Shown: positions 26,349-42,200 of the stretch, piece after piece
Position numbering within the stretch: position 1 is the stretch's first letter
How the letters are laid out: each line of letters starts with the position of its first letter
DNA from: Ptychomitrium polyphyllum
Lineage: Eukaryota
Assembly: GCA_973851085.1 (NCBI GenBank)
Contig: OZ316776.1
Span: 8,928,001 to 8,992,000, forward strand
DNA: 64,000 nt
Reading direction: 5' to 3'
Position numbers and translations under genes: made by a program
The notes under the pieces: generated by a model
The model's input: only the letters and a program-made list of their open reading frames with translations
What the model was told of the DNA's origin: nothing
Database searches by the model: none

Positions 26349-29089
26349 AATGATATGTTATCTACTCATGTCATCTTAAGGGCACAGTTAATGACTCCAA
26401 AGTTTACTGATGTGTACATACAAACAGGCACATTCCTCTTGCTGGAATACAGCAAGGATGAATGGCTCATCTGTGAGTGGGTGTCGCATCTTCTCTGTCC
26501 CTCTACCTACACCTCCACTTGGTACAAACGTACACCATGTACCCACACCTCACAAAAGATGTTAAATGTTGGTGCAAAGTCAGGGATGTCCTACCTGTTG
26601 AAGGTCCTCTGTTTGATCTCTGGTGATTTCTTACTTCTGAAACATTTGTCTTAAACGAAAGGGAAAGTTACAATGACCGCACTAGATTTATTTGAGAGTA
26701 CACGTGTCAGTTCGCAAACGCACAGCAGGGAAAGGAAAGTTATTTGAAGATTTCAACCTAGGACCCTTTATTAGACATGACCAAATGGTTGCCCTATCGA
26801 GTTCTTACCGTAAATAGAAAACTTCTCATATTTTTTGTCTTGGCTTTTTGTTCTAATTTCTAATTTCTAGCTTCTTTCATAAAGTTGTTATTTCATGTGG
26901 ATTTGGCTAGCTGTTACAGCCGGTTATAGCTGCTCATTGATACACAGTGAGATTCTCATTTCACAGCTTACAGCAGATGCTATGGTGCCAAGAATTTTTG
27001 TGTGAATTATCCATTCTTGGACCATGGAACCATACGCCCTGCTGCAGATAGTTTCAGGATGACGCTAGTCTCATACAACATGACTTACCTCTCCGTTAGC
27101 AGCCTCACAAGATGAACGAGAAACTGCACTTTGAAGAGAACCATCTGGGCATTGATGGCCATGGAATAGTACTAACTACAGAAATAGCCCTGCAGGCATT
27201 CATTCAATGCCCACTATCTCCCACTCAGATGATGATCTCAGGGGGACAGGTTGGCCTCCCCATCTCCTCTCTCGCATCACCGTCTTCATTAAATCACCAA
27301 CTGGCTTCATTTCAAGGTACTGCAGGCAAAGGTCAAGTTCAACGGAAAATATTCTTATGATAAATATTTCGTGAAACTATTCATGTATATAGCTGAAAGA
27401 GAAGAAAAAAATCAAATATATAATACCAAATGGGTTCGAATTACTGGAAGTACGTTCCCCTCCCTTTTCAAGTTTTAAAACCCTGTCTTTCCATCCTAAA
27501 TAATTATTGGACAAAGATGTGCAAAATCTGATCTTGCATACGGTAATCATGATCAAATGCAAGCACAGCTTAAGCTGCAAATTTCTTTCTACAGTCACCC
27601 AGTGAGCGCTAACTTCTCATGAATGTATTGTGTACTGACATCATGTGGTGCTAGCTCCTCTGCAATGGTCAAAGCCTACAGAGTGCCGATCAAAGTGATA
27701 CCTTACTTACTTGTGAGTAGAAGGCGAGGAGACGAGTAGGAGAGAAGACGAGTAGAGATCCGTGTTCCTCATGTTGCAGGTGTGGAGGAGTCACATGAAC
27801 ATCACAACGGAGTAACGTTTGAAAGCTGGGTCATGGGAAGGTGAGAGTGTGAGAGTGTGAGAGTGTAAGGAATGTTAGGAGAGTGTCGGAGAATGATTGG
27901 TATGCAATGGCTTGTACTGTTTGTTTGTTGTCATGAAGGGGAGTTCAGGATTTTACTCTACTAGGTGCATGGGACTACTGTGGTTGTCTTACGGGGGAGT
28001 TGTAGTTGGACTAGGTATATGTGAATGTGGGTCAATATCAATGAGATTTTCTTACGTGAGGATGTTGCTTCTGCAGCAGCAAGAGAGCACTTTGTGGCAG
28101 AGTGGTGCAGTCAGGAAAGCAGTTGGGGTTGTTCGTTGTCGAGTACTCAGAGAGTAGCGTGCCGACTGCAGAAGAGGCCTCCTTCTGGTGACCTTTGTCA
28201 GAATTGCTGCAGGAGGGTGGGTGAGGAGCAGTTGGTATTTTCATGAAAGAAAGATTAAACTTAGTTGCAAGCTGCTCTTTGTGGTCACACGGAAACTACA
28301 GCTCTCTACGTGAAGACCTGAAGCGGCGACCTGTTTTTATGCTCCTTGCATGTGCAGGAAAATCAGAAAGACAGCTACTTCTGTGATTTAACACCTTCTG
28401 TGGTGACCTTGTTGTCTACAGACAGTGATCAACGACTCAAGCTCTGGGGATATCAAGCGTGAGCTCTTATGCAGGGTGGCGCGGCGCCATAGCTGCACGT
28501 TCAATGCTATTGCGACGCCTGATTCTTTTGTTGTGAAATCCCGATTGGTGATGCAAAGGAACGTTGCAGAAGGTGCACTTCTTGTCATGGCCATTGCCAG
28601 TAGGTGAAGAGGAGCGATTTCGGGTGAGTTATTCACTCGTGTACCACAAGCGAGCCCTGGACTCAACTCAACATTTGAAAAACCCATATCCTTTTGAGTC
28701 TGCTGGAGCATCCAAGGGACACCCAAGACCAGTGAAGAGTGACGTTATCAAGAATAAGTAGGTCACTGTCACTGACTCAGGCAATATCTATCCTGAGGCA
28801 AGGAGTTACTGTTAGTATATGCACAAATAATTGCGCTACTCATAAATTTTCAATTCCCAGTTTTGTGTTCCAGTAAATTCAGTCTGAGTGCCTGTGTCGC
28901 GGTCAATGCAGAGTCAAGGGGATCGAGCTGATACCTGGAGAGAGTACGCGGGCAATATTGTTTGTGGAGCAGCTGAGTCTTGGATTGCAAGTTTGGCGAC
29001 GAAGCATAGACTTTAATAATATGAGGGTTTGCGCAACCCGATCTGGCAAGTAATCACAGCCCTAGGTTGGACGTGGTGAGTGACTTTTG

Positions 29090-31310
29090 ATGGCAGACAG
29101 AACAGCATTGTGCAAGATGGCAAGGATACCAGCTTATACATGGAAGTGCCCTTCTCTTCTGTTACTCCTAGCTCTTCTAATCAATGCAGCAGCTAGAGAG
29201 TTACAACAGCCGAGTTCGCTTCCAGATATCATCAAACGTAATACGCTTGAGCTGGGAAGTAGAAAACTACCTACAAATGCATTTGGCACCCGGCGTTACC
29301 GAATTAAACCTGTTGCTAAGACATTTCCAAAAGTCCCGGGGAAACATGCTGCTCGGGCAGGAGCTCTATTTGCAGACATTATGCACAGGTGATAATTCAT
29401 CTCTTCTCTGTTCTATGACTTTTGTTTACTGGTCAGTTTGAACGTCGTGAAGTGATATCCTTTTTTTTGACTGAATCAGTGAATTGATTCCTGGTGTAAA
29501 GGTATAGACGGAGGGATCTGAGGCCTGTAAGCCGTAACTCCTGGTTTTCCTTTCTTTAAATGCAACCCCAAATGTGTAATTCATCTGTCATTTTGGATCT
29601 TCCAGGCTTAAGGACGCCTTGGTGCGACATTTGAACTGGAAGAGTGAGGCAGAAGTTTAATACGTGGAACGTTCATGTTATTATAGGTGTTGCATGTTTG
29701 TCTCAATTTTTCCCGGTGACATAGGTGTTGCAGATCTCCTGTACAATATGAAAAAATGTTCATATCCTTCACCTTAGCAGTCCGCTTGCTACCTCTGTCT
29801 GTTTGATCTAGTGAAAACATAACAACATATCCAAACGATCGTGCAGAAACGCTCCCACTTCACCATTTCGGCTGAGCAACAGAACTCGCCTGGAGCGTAT
29901 GCATGAAACCATTTTAAGGGATCAATTGCGTGTAGCTTCTATAAACGACCAGATTAATCGACTGGTGAATGGATTAACAACTAGCAGCACCTTAGGCCAT
30001 CAGTCGAAGATCCCATCACAGGACTTTCAGGCGCCAATCAGCTCAGGCTTAAGTTTGGGTAGTGGAGAGTACTTCATCCGCGTTTCTGTCGGTACACCAC
30101 CCAAAAGCATGTACCTTGTGCTGGATACTGGAAGTGATATCTTATGGCTGCAATGTGCTCCATGTATAAATTGTTACCATCAAACTGATGCTGTATTCGA
30201 CCCATCCAGATCATCAACATACTCAAGTCTTGGGTGCAATAGTAGACTATGCATGAACTTGGATGTCAACAGGTGCCAGGCGAACAAGTGTCTCTACCAG
30301 GTTAGTTACCTATTCTTGACAATTTGTAGAACGTAAATAATATTGTAACCTACCTTGCTGTTGTCTGTGTAAGTTCTATGCTCTCCACGCAGCACAGTCA
30401 ACCCTCTGGACATTGATGGTGAATTTTGAGAATGAATGGTCTGAGTTTTAGCTGCAAGCACGAATCTTATTAGACTTTTGTTGTATTACAGGTGGACTAC
30501 GGAGACGGATCTTTCACAACAGGGGAATTTGCTACTGATGCTGTGTCTTTGAATTCGACGTCAGGAGCTGGTCAAGTTGTGTTAAGCAAGATTCCCCTCG
30601 GTTGCGGCCACGACAATGAAGGTTATTTTGTTGGGGCTGCTGGGCTTTTGGGGCTTGGAAAAGGACCACTGTCATTCCCCAGCCAAGTAGATCCTGAGAT
30701 GGGAGGCAGATTCTCATACTGTCTTACAGATCGAGAAACTGACTCATCTGAAAGGTCTTCTCTTATCTTCGGTGACGCATCTGTTCCATCTTCAGGGGCG
30801 AGGTTCACACCCCAAGCTTCCAACTCAAGAGTGCCCACCTTTTACTATCTCAAGATGACTGGAATCAGCGTTGGAGGCACCCTCCTAACCATTCCAACAA
30901 AAGCCTTTCAGCTCGACTTATTTGGTAATGGAGGTGTCATCATCGATTCAGGCACTTCCGTCACTCGTCTACAGAATGCTGCATACGCTGCTCTTCGTGA
31001 TGCGTTTCGTGCTGGCTCCACAAGCTTGGCCCCCACTGCCGGCTTCTCCCTCTTCGACACATGCTTCGACCTCTCTGGCTTGGACTCGGTGGACGTCCCC
31101 ACTGTCACCCTGCATTTTCAAGGGAGTACTGACCTTCACCTCCCTGCCTCCAACTACCTTATTCCTGTCGACAATTCCAATACCTTCTGCTTGGCTTTTG
31201 CTGGCACCACCGGTCCCTCAATCATCGGCAACATCCAACAACAGGGCTACCGCGTCATCTACGACAATCTTCACAACCAAGTTGGCTTTGTGCCTAGCCA
31301 GTGCGATTAA
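29090..31310 (+). CDS. Secreted A1-family aspartic protease (ASPG1/nepenthesin-like), 3 exons
   Basis: Exons 29090-29388, 29847-30300 and 30492-31310 (alternative ATG at 29117). Hydrophobic signal LLLLLALLINAAA; GSGEYF, catalytic DTGS and DSGT, C-terminal IIGNIQQQ..RVIYD...VGFVPSQC. Confidence 0.93.
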
Positions 31311-32222
31311 CCTATTCTTTCAGCAACTCCTTATCAAGGGCTTGGTGATATCGTTCTTTCAGGTTTGATTCGACTAAGAACTCCACAATGGTAGCCTTTC
31401 GACTTAGTATGATGTAGGCCCTGGCAGATTGTGATGCTACGGCCACTCTTTGGATTAGTACTCTCACACATGCTTTTCTTAAGGTGTCAAGGGCTTGTAG
31501 AACTGAGTCTGTGATGTCTGTCAGAAAGGACAAATAGTCCAGAAATGCTTGAAATTAGCGACAATTGCAAGAGTACGCGGAAAAAGGTGAGTACTGTAAT
31601 CCAGGGCAAATATGCAAGCAGGAAAGGATTAGTGAAACCTTATAGTCTAAGAGACAATTGCAGATGTCCTGGTATAATGAAGTAGACTTAGAAAGCTTCA
31701 AATTATGGTTCTTCAGATTTATTTGCTTGTCGTTATAAGTAACCATGACTAAGTAAAGCATCTGAAATTGAATGACATTATATAGACGTAATTAAGTTTT
31801 GACTACTGTATGGTTGAGTTTATGCTGATGATTGTTTCACACAATCCCCAGCAGTGATTCGTCAACGGACCAGCTGATAGCTTGTTGATTGTCACAAACT
31901 ATGCTGCACCCAATGGCTGCACCAACTAATGTTATACGTTGAAGTTGGATAAACAATTAGACTAATTCATTTGATAAAATCTATTAAAGAGTACAATTGA
32001 GAACATGTAGTGCACATACCCTAATGAGCCGTCTCTTGGACATGGGCCTTGAACATAGAACTTGTACAGCTTGTACAGCAGGTTTAAAGAAGATATTTCA
32101 CAATTATGTCGTGCAGTGAACTATTGATATGCAGATTGAACAAGTTTTAAATGTTTTTGAAATCATATAAGCAATCAGATGGTGACCTATTATCAACCTG
32201 GAAATACAATAATGTAGGTTGT

Positions 32223-32535
32223 TCAAGGACATGGGAGATGGACTTTGACTTGTTCAATCTGCGTATCAATGGTTTTCAGGTTCACTTTTTCTTCAAGACA
32301 TTCGAATGAAATAATAGGACATGAGATCTTCTCAAGAAAGTTGATAGGAGAACGGTCATTGTGGTTCTTTTCTAGGACCTCTTTAGAACCTGAAAACCAC
32401 CAAACCACAAGATTATCAAAGGAGCATAGGATCTGTAGATAGGCCTCAACTACCACAATAGGCATATCAGTATGAAGAAATCAAGCTAACGAATTGTGCA
32501 CTCTAGCTCCGGACAAGTTCATGATCTGCAAGCCG
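32223..32535 (-). pseudogene. Fragment of an S9-family (prolyl oligopeptidase/acylaminoacyl peptidase-like) serine peptidase
   Basis: ORF 32223-32465 contains DRSPINFLEKISCPIISFECLEEKV, resembling the S9 segment RSPINF.....PI...QG.ED.V. The nucleophile motif and the rest of the gene are absent. Confidence 0.6.
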
Positions 32536-33885
32536 AGAAAATTATGAATACTGCCAAACATATTTCCAAATATGGATTATGTCTGAGAAGCAAGCACATC
32601 TAAGAAAAGAATGTCACTAAACTCGATGAATAGGAATGAAAGTGTGGACAAGACATGTAACTAGGAATTAATTCCCGCTTCACACGCAAGCACGCCCCTC
32701 GCGATGTTCATACCTGCAATATCACGTTCCTCACAATCAATCGTTAGAAAGGCAATAGTTCACGTTCCGTTAAACAGGAATGTCTAGTTAAGTATGCCAC
32801 GGTCTCACCTAAGCACATAGACATTCTAAAGTGGGAATTTAAATTGTTTCATTAGGAAATTTTCATCGATTTTCAAGCTATTCTGTAGAATCCCTGTAGC
32901 AGTTGGGATTCGTCGAAAGAGCATAACAGTATTCAAGGAAGCCTAGACTGTTGTCGTTGAAAAACTGATGGGATACTGATTACACTAATGCGTGGAGCTT
33001 CATGTAAAGCTGGTTACGGAAGGTAAGCAGGCATCTGAGCATGGTTGACTTGAATATCAGAATTTATTAGAGACTTGCCTGGAGAAACGAGTATGCCGGC
33101 GCCAATGACGATGGAGACTGAGCTGAATTCAAGGATCAGCTCTAACATAATAACTTGTCGACCTACACGAAAACGGCGAGTTGCGGTACAGAATCCACAT
33201 TTGAACAGCTCCTCACAACTGCATAGTGTGCGATTTAGATCTAGAAAATAGGGTGTCTTCGGCGGCAAATTGGAAATTACGGCTCCCACATGGGGAGAAG
33301 ATGCGCAGATTCGGCATCCAAGAATAGCAGATGATCTCCTTGAATTCCGAAACCATGCTTACCGGGGTTCAGAGTTGCGAAGTATGCCACTAACAACTCC
33401 TGGAATCATCTCAAGTGACAAATGTAAAAAGACTATTCGTACAAATTTAGAAAAAAATCATATTTCCAAGGGCGCGAAATCTTAGGAAAAAGTCCTAGCC
33501 GGGGTGAAAACCCCTTGACTTTTCACAAGTCAATAGGAAGAAGGGGGGAACTTCTGAACTTGAGGAATCGGTTACCGTAGATCCTGCAACACTTTGTGCA
33601 AGATCCAACTCGAAAGTGAACCCCCAGAAGTGAAAAGAAGTGCATTTTGACATGGAAAAGGATTTGTAGGTGAAAGGCGCGCCAACCGCCTCCCTCCGTG
33701 ATTTTTCCAATGTCAACGGGGCCCTTCCCGAAATAGAGTCAATCTACAGCATCGACACAATTCACTCGGGAGCATATAATACTCTCCAACTCCTTCCTTT
33801 CTGCAGCTCAGTATCGACCATCCTTCACCCTTGGGATTCATTCCTGAGCTGATTGTCTTTCGCCACTCATTCTTTGACTTTCTGA

Positions 33886-36181
<2,296 letters not shown>

Positions 36182-36804
36182 CCTACTGAAAGAACAGAGG
36201 AACGAAAGTCAGAGGAGCGCCCCTTGTAGTGCAGCCACAAGTGGCACATTGGTAATCAGCTCCCGGTTCCGTCATCCTTGGATATCGATCTGCAGCCATA
36301 GCCATCAACTTAACCTCCAAACCTTAGATCGCACGTCTATCGAATGTGTATGAGTATAGAATAGCTCCTAAACTAGAGTTTGCGTCCGTCGCATGACACT
36401 GCTTCTGGAGAAGAACAGAGGACGCTTGTAATCTGCTCCCGGCTTCTCTACTTCAATCTATGTGACTGTGACGAATATCCACTTCGATCAATCTATTGTA
36501 GAACAGAACTCCAAATGAACGTGTGCGCTCTCTGTGGACACCCCGGCAACAATTATGTTGGCATTGAAGGTCGTTCCGAGCGAGTAGCAATCGATGTAAG
36601 TCTCGGATGTTAATCAATATAACTAAGAATTCGGTTGACAACTAGATTGAGGTTGAGCGAATTCTTTGAATATTTAGACGCACTTTGGACGGACAGCATG
36701 CATTTTAGAGTGTACTTGTGAGTGTGGTAACGAGGCTAATTGAGGGAAGAGGTTGTTCATGGCTTTAATCTTTTAATCTGGCAAAATCTTGAGGAGTACT
36801 GCGT

Positions 36805-37740
36805 GCGAAGCTAGGAAGTGCATAGGATTGGGAACTTCGAATGTGCCATTGCCGACGTATGGTCTTGTGATGTCGCTCCACTGACCGCCCACGCTGCTGT
36901 ATATGGTGTAACCTTTTGCATCAAGCTCTATCCGCTCCTTGGACTTGTAGATCTAACACAAGCCAAGAAAATATAAGTTTTTTACAGATGGAGACCATAA
37001 TCAGCTGTAAGACACTGTCATTGTTTGAGATGCTCTACTTGGAACAGGATCAACGTAACGATCGTTAACGTACAAACTATGGCAACCATCGCTCTCATGA
37101 GCTAGTGCTCAACCGACTTTGTGATTACCATTCTCTAAGCATCAGAGCACCATTCACAGGCAGTGAAGGTGCTAATTACTCGAGGATTAATTCATTACAG
37201 GACTTGTAACCGGCTTGGTAAAGATTCTTCGTATTAAGCCCTTGTAGGCTCATTGAGCGCCCAGTCAAGAACAGAACTTGGCACTGATAACAGCGTTGAA
37301 AAGTTGCAGATCAGCAGGAATGGCAGGAACAGTCCCCTTCCCCACTCACAAATCGAACGTGGTGTTGTTATACGCCACACCTCTGCAAACATCACAACCA
37401 CCACTTGGCAACTCACCTTCATGAACTAATTCACCAGCTGAAATCCAGAACAAATCGACCTACACATACTTGTGCTTCCGATAGTAGGGCAGACTGGAAA
37501 CCGCGGTCTCGTCGATGTCGAACACCACAATGTCCAAGTTGCCGTTACCTGTGGGTGTGAGTGATGTCAGAAACGTTTGGGCAGCAAGAGTTAATCCGGA
37601 AGAGACTGCTTGAAAAATTGAATTCCTTCCATGTAAGCATCCACTATATCAACGAACTCCTCAGGCACGATATTCCATCCCTGCCGCAATTACCAATGTA
37701 TTCAACTACATAGCCATTTCATGTCCCCATAGCCAAAAAC
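36805..37740 (-). pseudogene. HAD class IIIB (VSP/acid phosphatase 1-like) pseudogene with intron remnants
   Basis: GWNIVPEEFVDIVDAYM (~37630-37685), IVVFDIDETAVSSLPYY (~37485-37535), AGYKSCNELIL (~37185-37215) and last exon YKSKERIELDAKGYTIYSSVGGQWSDI...TFEVPNPMHF (~36815-36950). Stops and frameshifts in the middle exon; the conserved GDQWSD reads GGQWSD. Confidence 0.85.
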
Positions 37741-39278
37741 TCTTGTAAAGATAATGAGGTCCATCTGAAGAGAACTAGTCGAATATAACATCACAAGAAA
37801 TGCCGAAACTGTTTTTGTATTAATCAGCAATATGTTGGAAACAAGGTTAGGAGGGCATGCAGTTGTATTTGATCATTGTTGATTTTGCTGTTGGAGAAGC
37901 AGCTCCCACAGCTTTAGTCTTCTGTGCTAACAGACTTGCTGTCTACACTCTTAATGAACACCGCAAAGACCAGTAGCACTATTTGGCTGATAACTTATGT
38001 GTAACTAGTTACAAAGAAACATGAGTTGTATTTTGCAACCTAACCTTCTTTTCTAACAAAGGTAATTAGAGTTACATTTGGTAATAGCTATTGTCTGTTA
38101 CCAAAGAATGAGGTTTCATTTTGCTAAAGAATGTTAGGGAAGAGGTTCACTGAAATTAATTAAAGCTAGTTTTACTTCAATGTAGCCTGTGTTTTACCTT
38201 TGTTTCCAAATCTTCAACTCTTCTTGGTTGACATTAATTTCAAAGAAGATGAAATTATTCCTTCAATTTTATTTTTTTGTGAAGAATTTCTTAAACTCAT
38301 TCCTATTCGTTATATTAACCAAGCTAGAATGTTGATTTAGCGTTTCTTCAACTGATTGTATTTCCTCCTTTAGAGCTTTATTCATAATTGGTAAGTTGTA
38401 TTCTTGAAATCCTAATGGGCTTAAAAGCTCTTGAGTTGAATCAAAAAATCAAAGCACCAAATTCATGATGGCCAAGATATGAGGTGTTTCACTGTATATT
38501 AATAATATTCAATTTATTAGCCATTTACTTAAGCTTCTTTCAAATGTTTCATAAAATTTATCAAAATGGCTTATTGTAGTAATCATTGTTTGTAAGGTGC
38601 ATGGTTGGATCTTGACAAATTAAACAAAGTTAAATTGAGATCAAGCCATATCAAAAGGTAATAAAAACCTACAGATCTTTAAAAGAAATGTAGTGACAAG
38701 GAAACAATTAGTGGATTGCAAGTAGCAAAATGTAATGGTAATCACGATTTGCAAGTGGCAAGAATGGAGAAAGGAGCAACACAATAAATTGGTACAATTT
38801 ATACATCAGACAATAATCTACTTTACCAAATAATATCTCAATATCTAAGTTTATTAAGAGAAAAAAAAAGTCTTACTGCACATTTACTTCAGGTAATATG
38901 TAGGAAAAAGTAGTCATGTAAAAGATATAACTTTTCCTTTGCTTAATGTGCAAGAATTCCATCAGAAAAGGGTCTTGACATAAAACAAAAGGAAATCATA
39001 GTGGTGTTCATACAGCGCTTATGCAAATGCCAAGGAGACACGTTAGCAAAAGTCATATTGCTAACTTAGGCAATATGGTGTTGCTGGGAGAAAATGTCAT
39101 AGATTTACAAGTCCTCTTAAGCAGTCCAAGCGCCAATTAAGGACTAACCTCACCTCATTCAGAGGTATAATGGTAATAGCACAGGAACATGCTTGCTACA
39201 TACACAATTCACAATGAGTGCACACTAGTAAAGGATAACAATGTACATTTGTTATGATCTACTCCATTTACCAAGTTG

Positions 39279-42200
39279 TTACCAGAACTTCCAGCCTGCC
39301 GCTTCATCACCTATCTCTGTTCGTCTGCAAACATTGCACACGAGCAGTTAGCTCACCTATGAATCTGTGTGACAGCAAGTTGATAGTGCACAGAACGACT
39401 CTTACAGATAAACACTAGGTCTTCTCCTAGTTACAACGCAAGCAAGTGGCATAAATTTAAGAAGTTTGCACAGCCAGATATGTTTCAATAGTGAGTCAGT
39501 TGCGTGGTTGCTAAAAGGATGCCAGGAAAGGAAAGAGATACAAGAGAGTATATGTACCCGAAATCAACGATGATTACACTAACATTGTCTTGTCCACCTC
39601 GATTCTGTAACAGAGTACATCGAGTAAGTTCTTGATCTCCAACAAAGCATGTTCTACAACAGAATTATTTGTAAACCCGGCCCTTTTCTCAGCCAACATC
39701 TCAATAATGATCTCACCTCCTTCTACATGTCATTTAAGTTCATGATTGGAGCACATACTTCAATGTCATAAATTTCATCCATTGATTGGCACATATATTT
39801 CAATGCATGCACCTTGGAACACTCATCCACTTTCTAAAGTTAAGAGGGTGAATTTACAAACAACTCTAATAAGCACTCGTTTTGTTGGCAGGATTCGAAG
39901 ACTCAAATCCTTTGAACAGCGTATATACTCTCATACTTCAAAGAAAACTCTAAAAAAATGAAAAGTGGATTTGGATGTCTAGAGTGTTAAAAGAGGCAGA
40001 GAGTTTGCGACAGACCAGAGCTTCCTGCGCAATTTCTTCACACGCGCGCTGCGTAAACAATATAAAACCAGCTCAGTTGACGGTACATCCAGTGTCATAC
40101 ACACACACAACACAGTATCTAGACTTGGATTGGAAAACAAAGATACTATACCTGAACATTGCCATGTTCCATTAATTGCTTTCTGACGAAATGTACAGCT
40201 TCAGCACTGCATTTGCCACACGAGCTTATCAGAATTGTTCCTGGTTGCACTTATTCGTATGATAGATCGACATAATCATTTACGATAACATCAAATCAAT
40301 ATTTTTACCTATTCAAAGAATCCCAGAGGCCATCCGAAGCTAGAATTATGAACTCAACTTCCTCTTGCACCAACATGGAACTCGTGTCTGGTGAAGCAAT
40401 CAGCCACTCTCCATTGAGGTTTTTAGATCTCCTGTTCACCGACAACCAGGTCAGCATGACTACTCACAAATATAAGCACACCCTTCGTGAAAACAGATCC
40501 AAATGTGCACTCACACAACTGTTCAATGTTCTCACATGTTGGCGAAACTCCTAGGCCAGCTTCTTTCAATAACTCCACGGTCCAACATCCTGCCGCGATG
40601 CATACCAATTAAGTACTTTAATAAATACCTGCCTCAACGAATATGAACTTGAAAAGAACTTACGAGACAAATCTTTCAGTAGGCACATGAGCTATATGGT
40701 TCAGTGGAGGCTACACTAGAACTTGGAATACACCAGGCTCAGCAAATGGAATAACTGAGCAGCAAATAGCTAACAGCTACTTTAAACGTGATATAGAAAG
40801 AAAAAAAAACCCTTAAACAATAAGTGCCTACTGAAACCCACCCTCCAAGAGCTTTCATCATGCATCTAATACGAGAGGGGTAGGTGTTTGGGAATTATTG
40901 GCGAAAAACACATACTGCTGCTTCCGAGTTTTAAATAGGATGTCACCGAAGGCGCGTGAGACAGAAAGCATACCACAAACTCGACCATGGCTAACCTGCA
41001 CATTTGGAGTACAACCTTCGAAATTGAGTCCCCAAAAGGTAGATCTGTTATTGACTGACCTGGTTTAAGGCATTGCTCATTTCATAAACAGGCATAAAAT
41101 TACTATTTCCTATTACGCACCCACCCTCCTGCTTCTTGGATTCTCTTGATTTCTAAGAAAGACTTCTTATCCCGCCCAAATGGTCGGTGATCCGATGTGA
41201 GGTCCTGAGCTTTGCCATTCCTGCTTATAACCTGCATCCATGCTCGTTCAGATTATTCTACACGCTCTCTACGAGCCATTGCCCTATTGACGAACTGATA
41301 CCCTTTTCTAAGTAACAACGAATGCATAAAGGGGAAAAAAGAATACTACTTGCAACAATAAACCTCTCAAACTACCTAGAGGAAGCATAAGTAAAACAAA
41401 TAAATTGGCGAGGCCCTTTACGCACCGCACGGGAGTCACCAACATAGGCGAGCACCAGACGATCAGATCGAGCAAATAATACAGTAGCAGTTGATCCAGA
41501 CTCTGCCTCCTCAATCAAATCTCGAGTTTCTAATCTGTCTCGGCAGAACCATGAGGCATTCTCCAACATTAGATTTAGCCGAACATAATACAGGGATAGT
41601 AAAGACACGATGTCCGGAAAGCTCAATCCCTCGCCCTAGAGATACCCTCACGTTTCAGAAGTTTACCAACACCTACCCCATGCCTTAATATCTGAATCCT
41701 GTCCTCCTTGAGTGTGAGGGCCGCCTTACACCTTGCCCCATCGCCCACAGGACAAGAGATTTTCAGCAATACGGGTGGTCAAAAGCTTTTGTCCCATAAG
41801 GCTTTACACCTTGTCCACCCCCAAGAAAAACAAGCTAAAGATAGGTGAAAATGAGTTGATCGCCTATGTGGTATCAACTATTGCGGGAAAATCTTCTCTC
41901 CTCGAAGTGCTTTTGGAATAGCAACCCAAGAATTGGTTCACAGGACAAAACTTTTCCCATCTTAACTATGTTAATGCCTTGCCATCTTCTCCTCGGCTTG
42001 CCCTCTGCCTAAAATGTCTTTGCACTGAATTTTTTTGGGTTTCTTCGGTCTCAGGAGAAGGTGTAAGGCGGCCCTGAGTATTCAGTGAATATTTCACAGG
42101 GTGTAAACCACAAACCGTGATATGAGCTGGTTGTCCGCCTCTAGAAATGCTCGAGAAAGAGCTTCTTCTGCCTCACGCAGATCGTCTGACTCTAGTAGTG

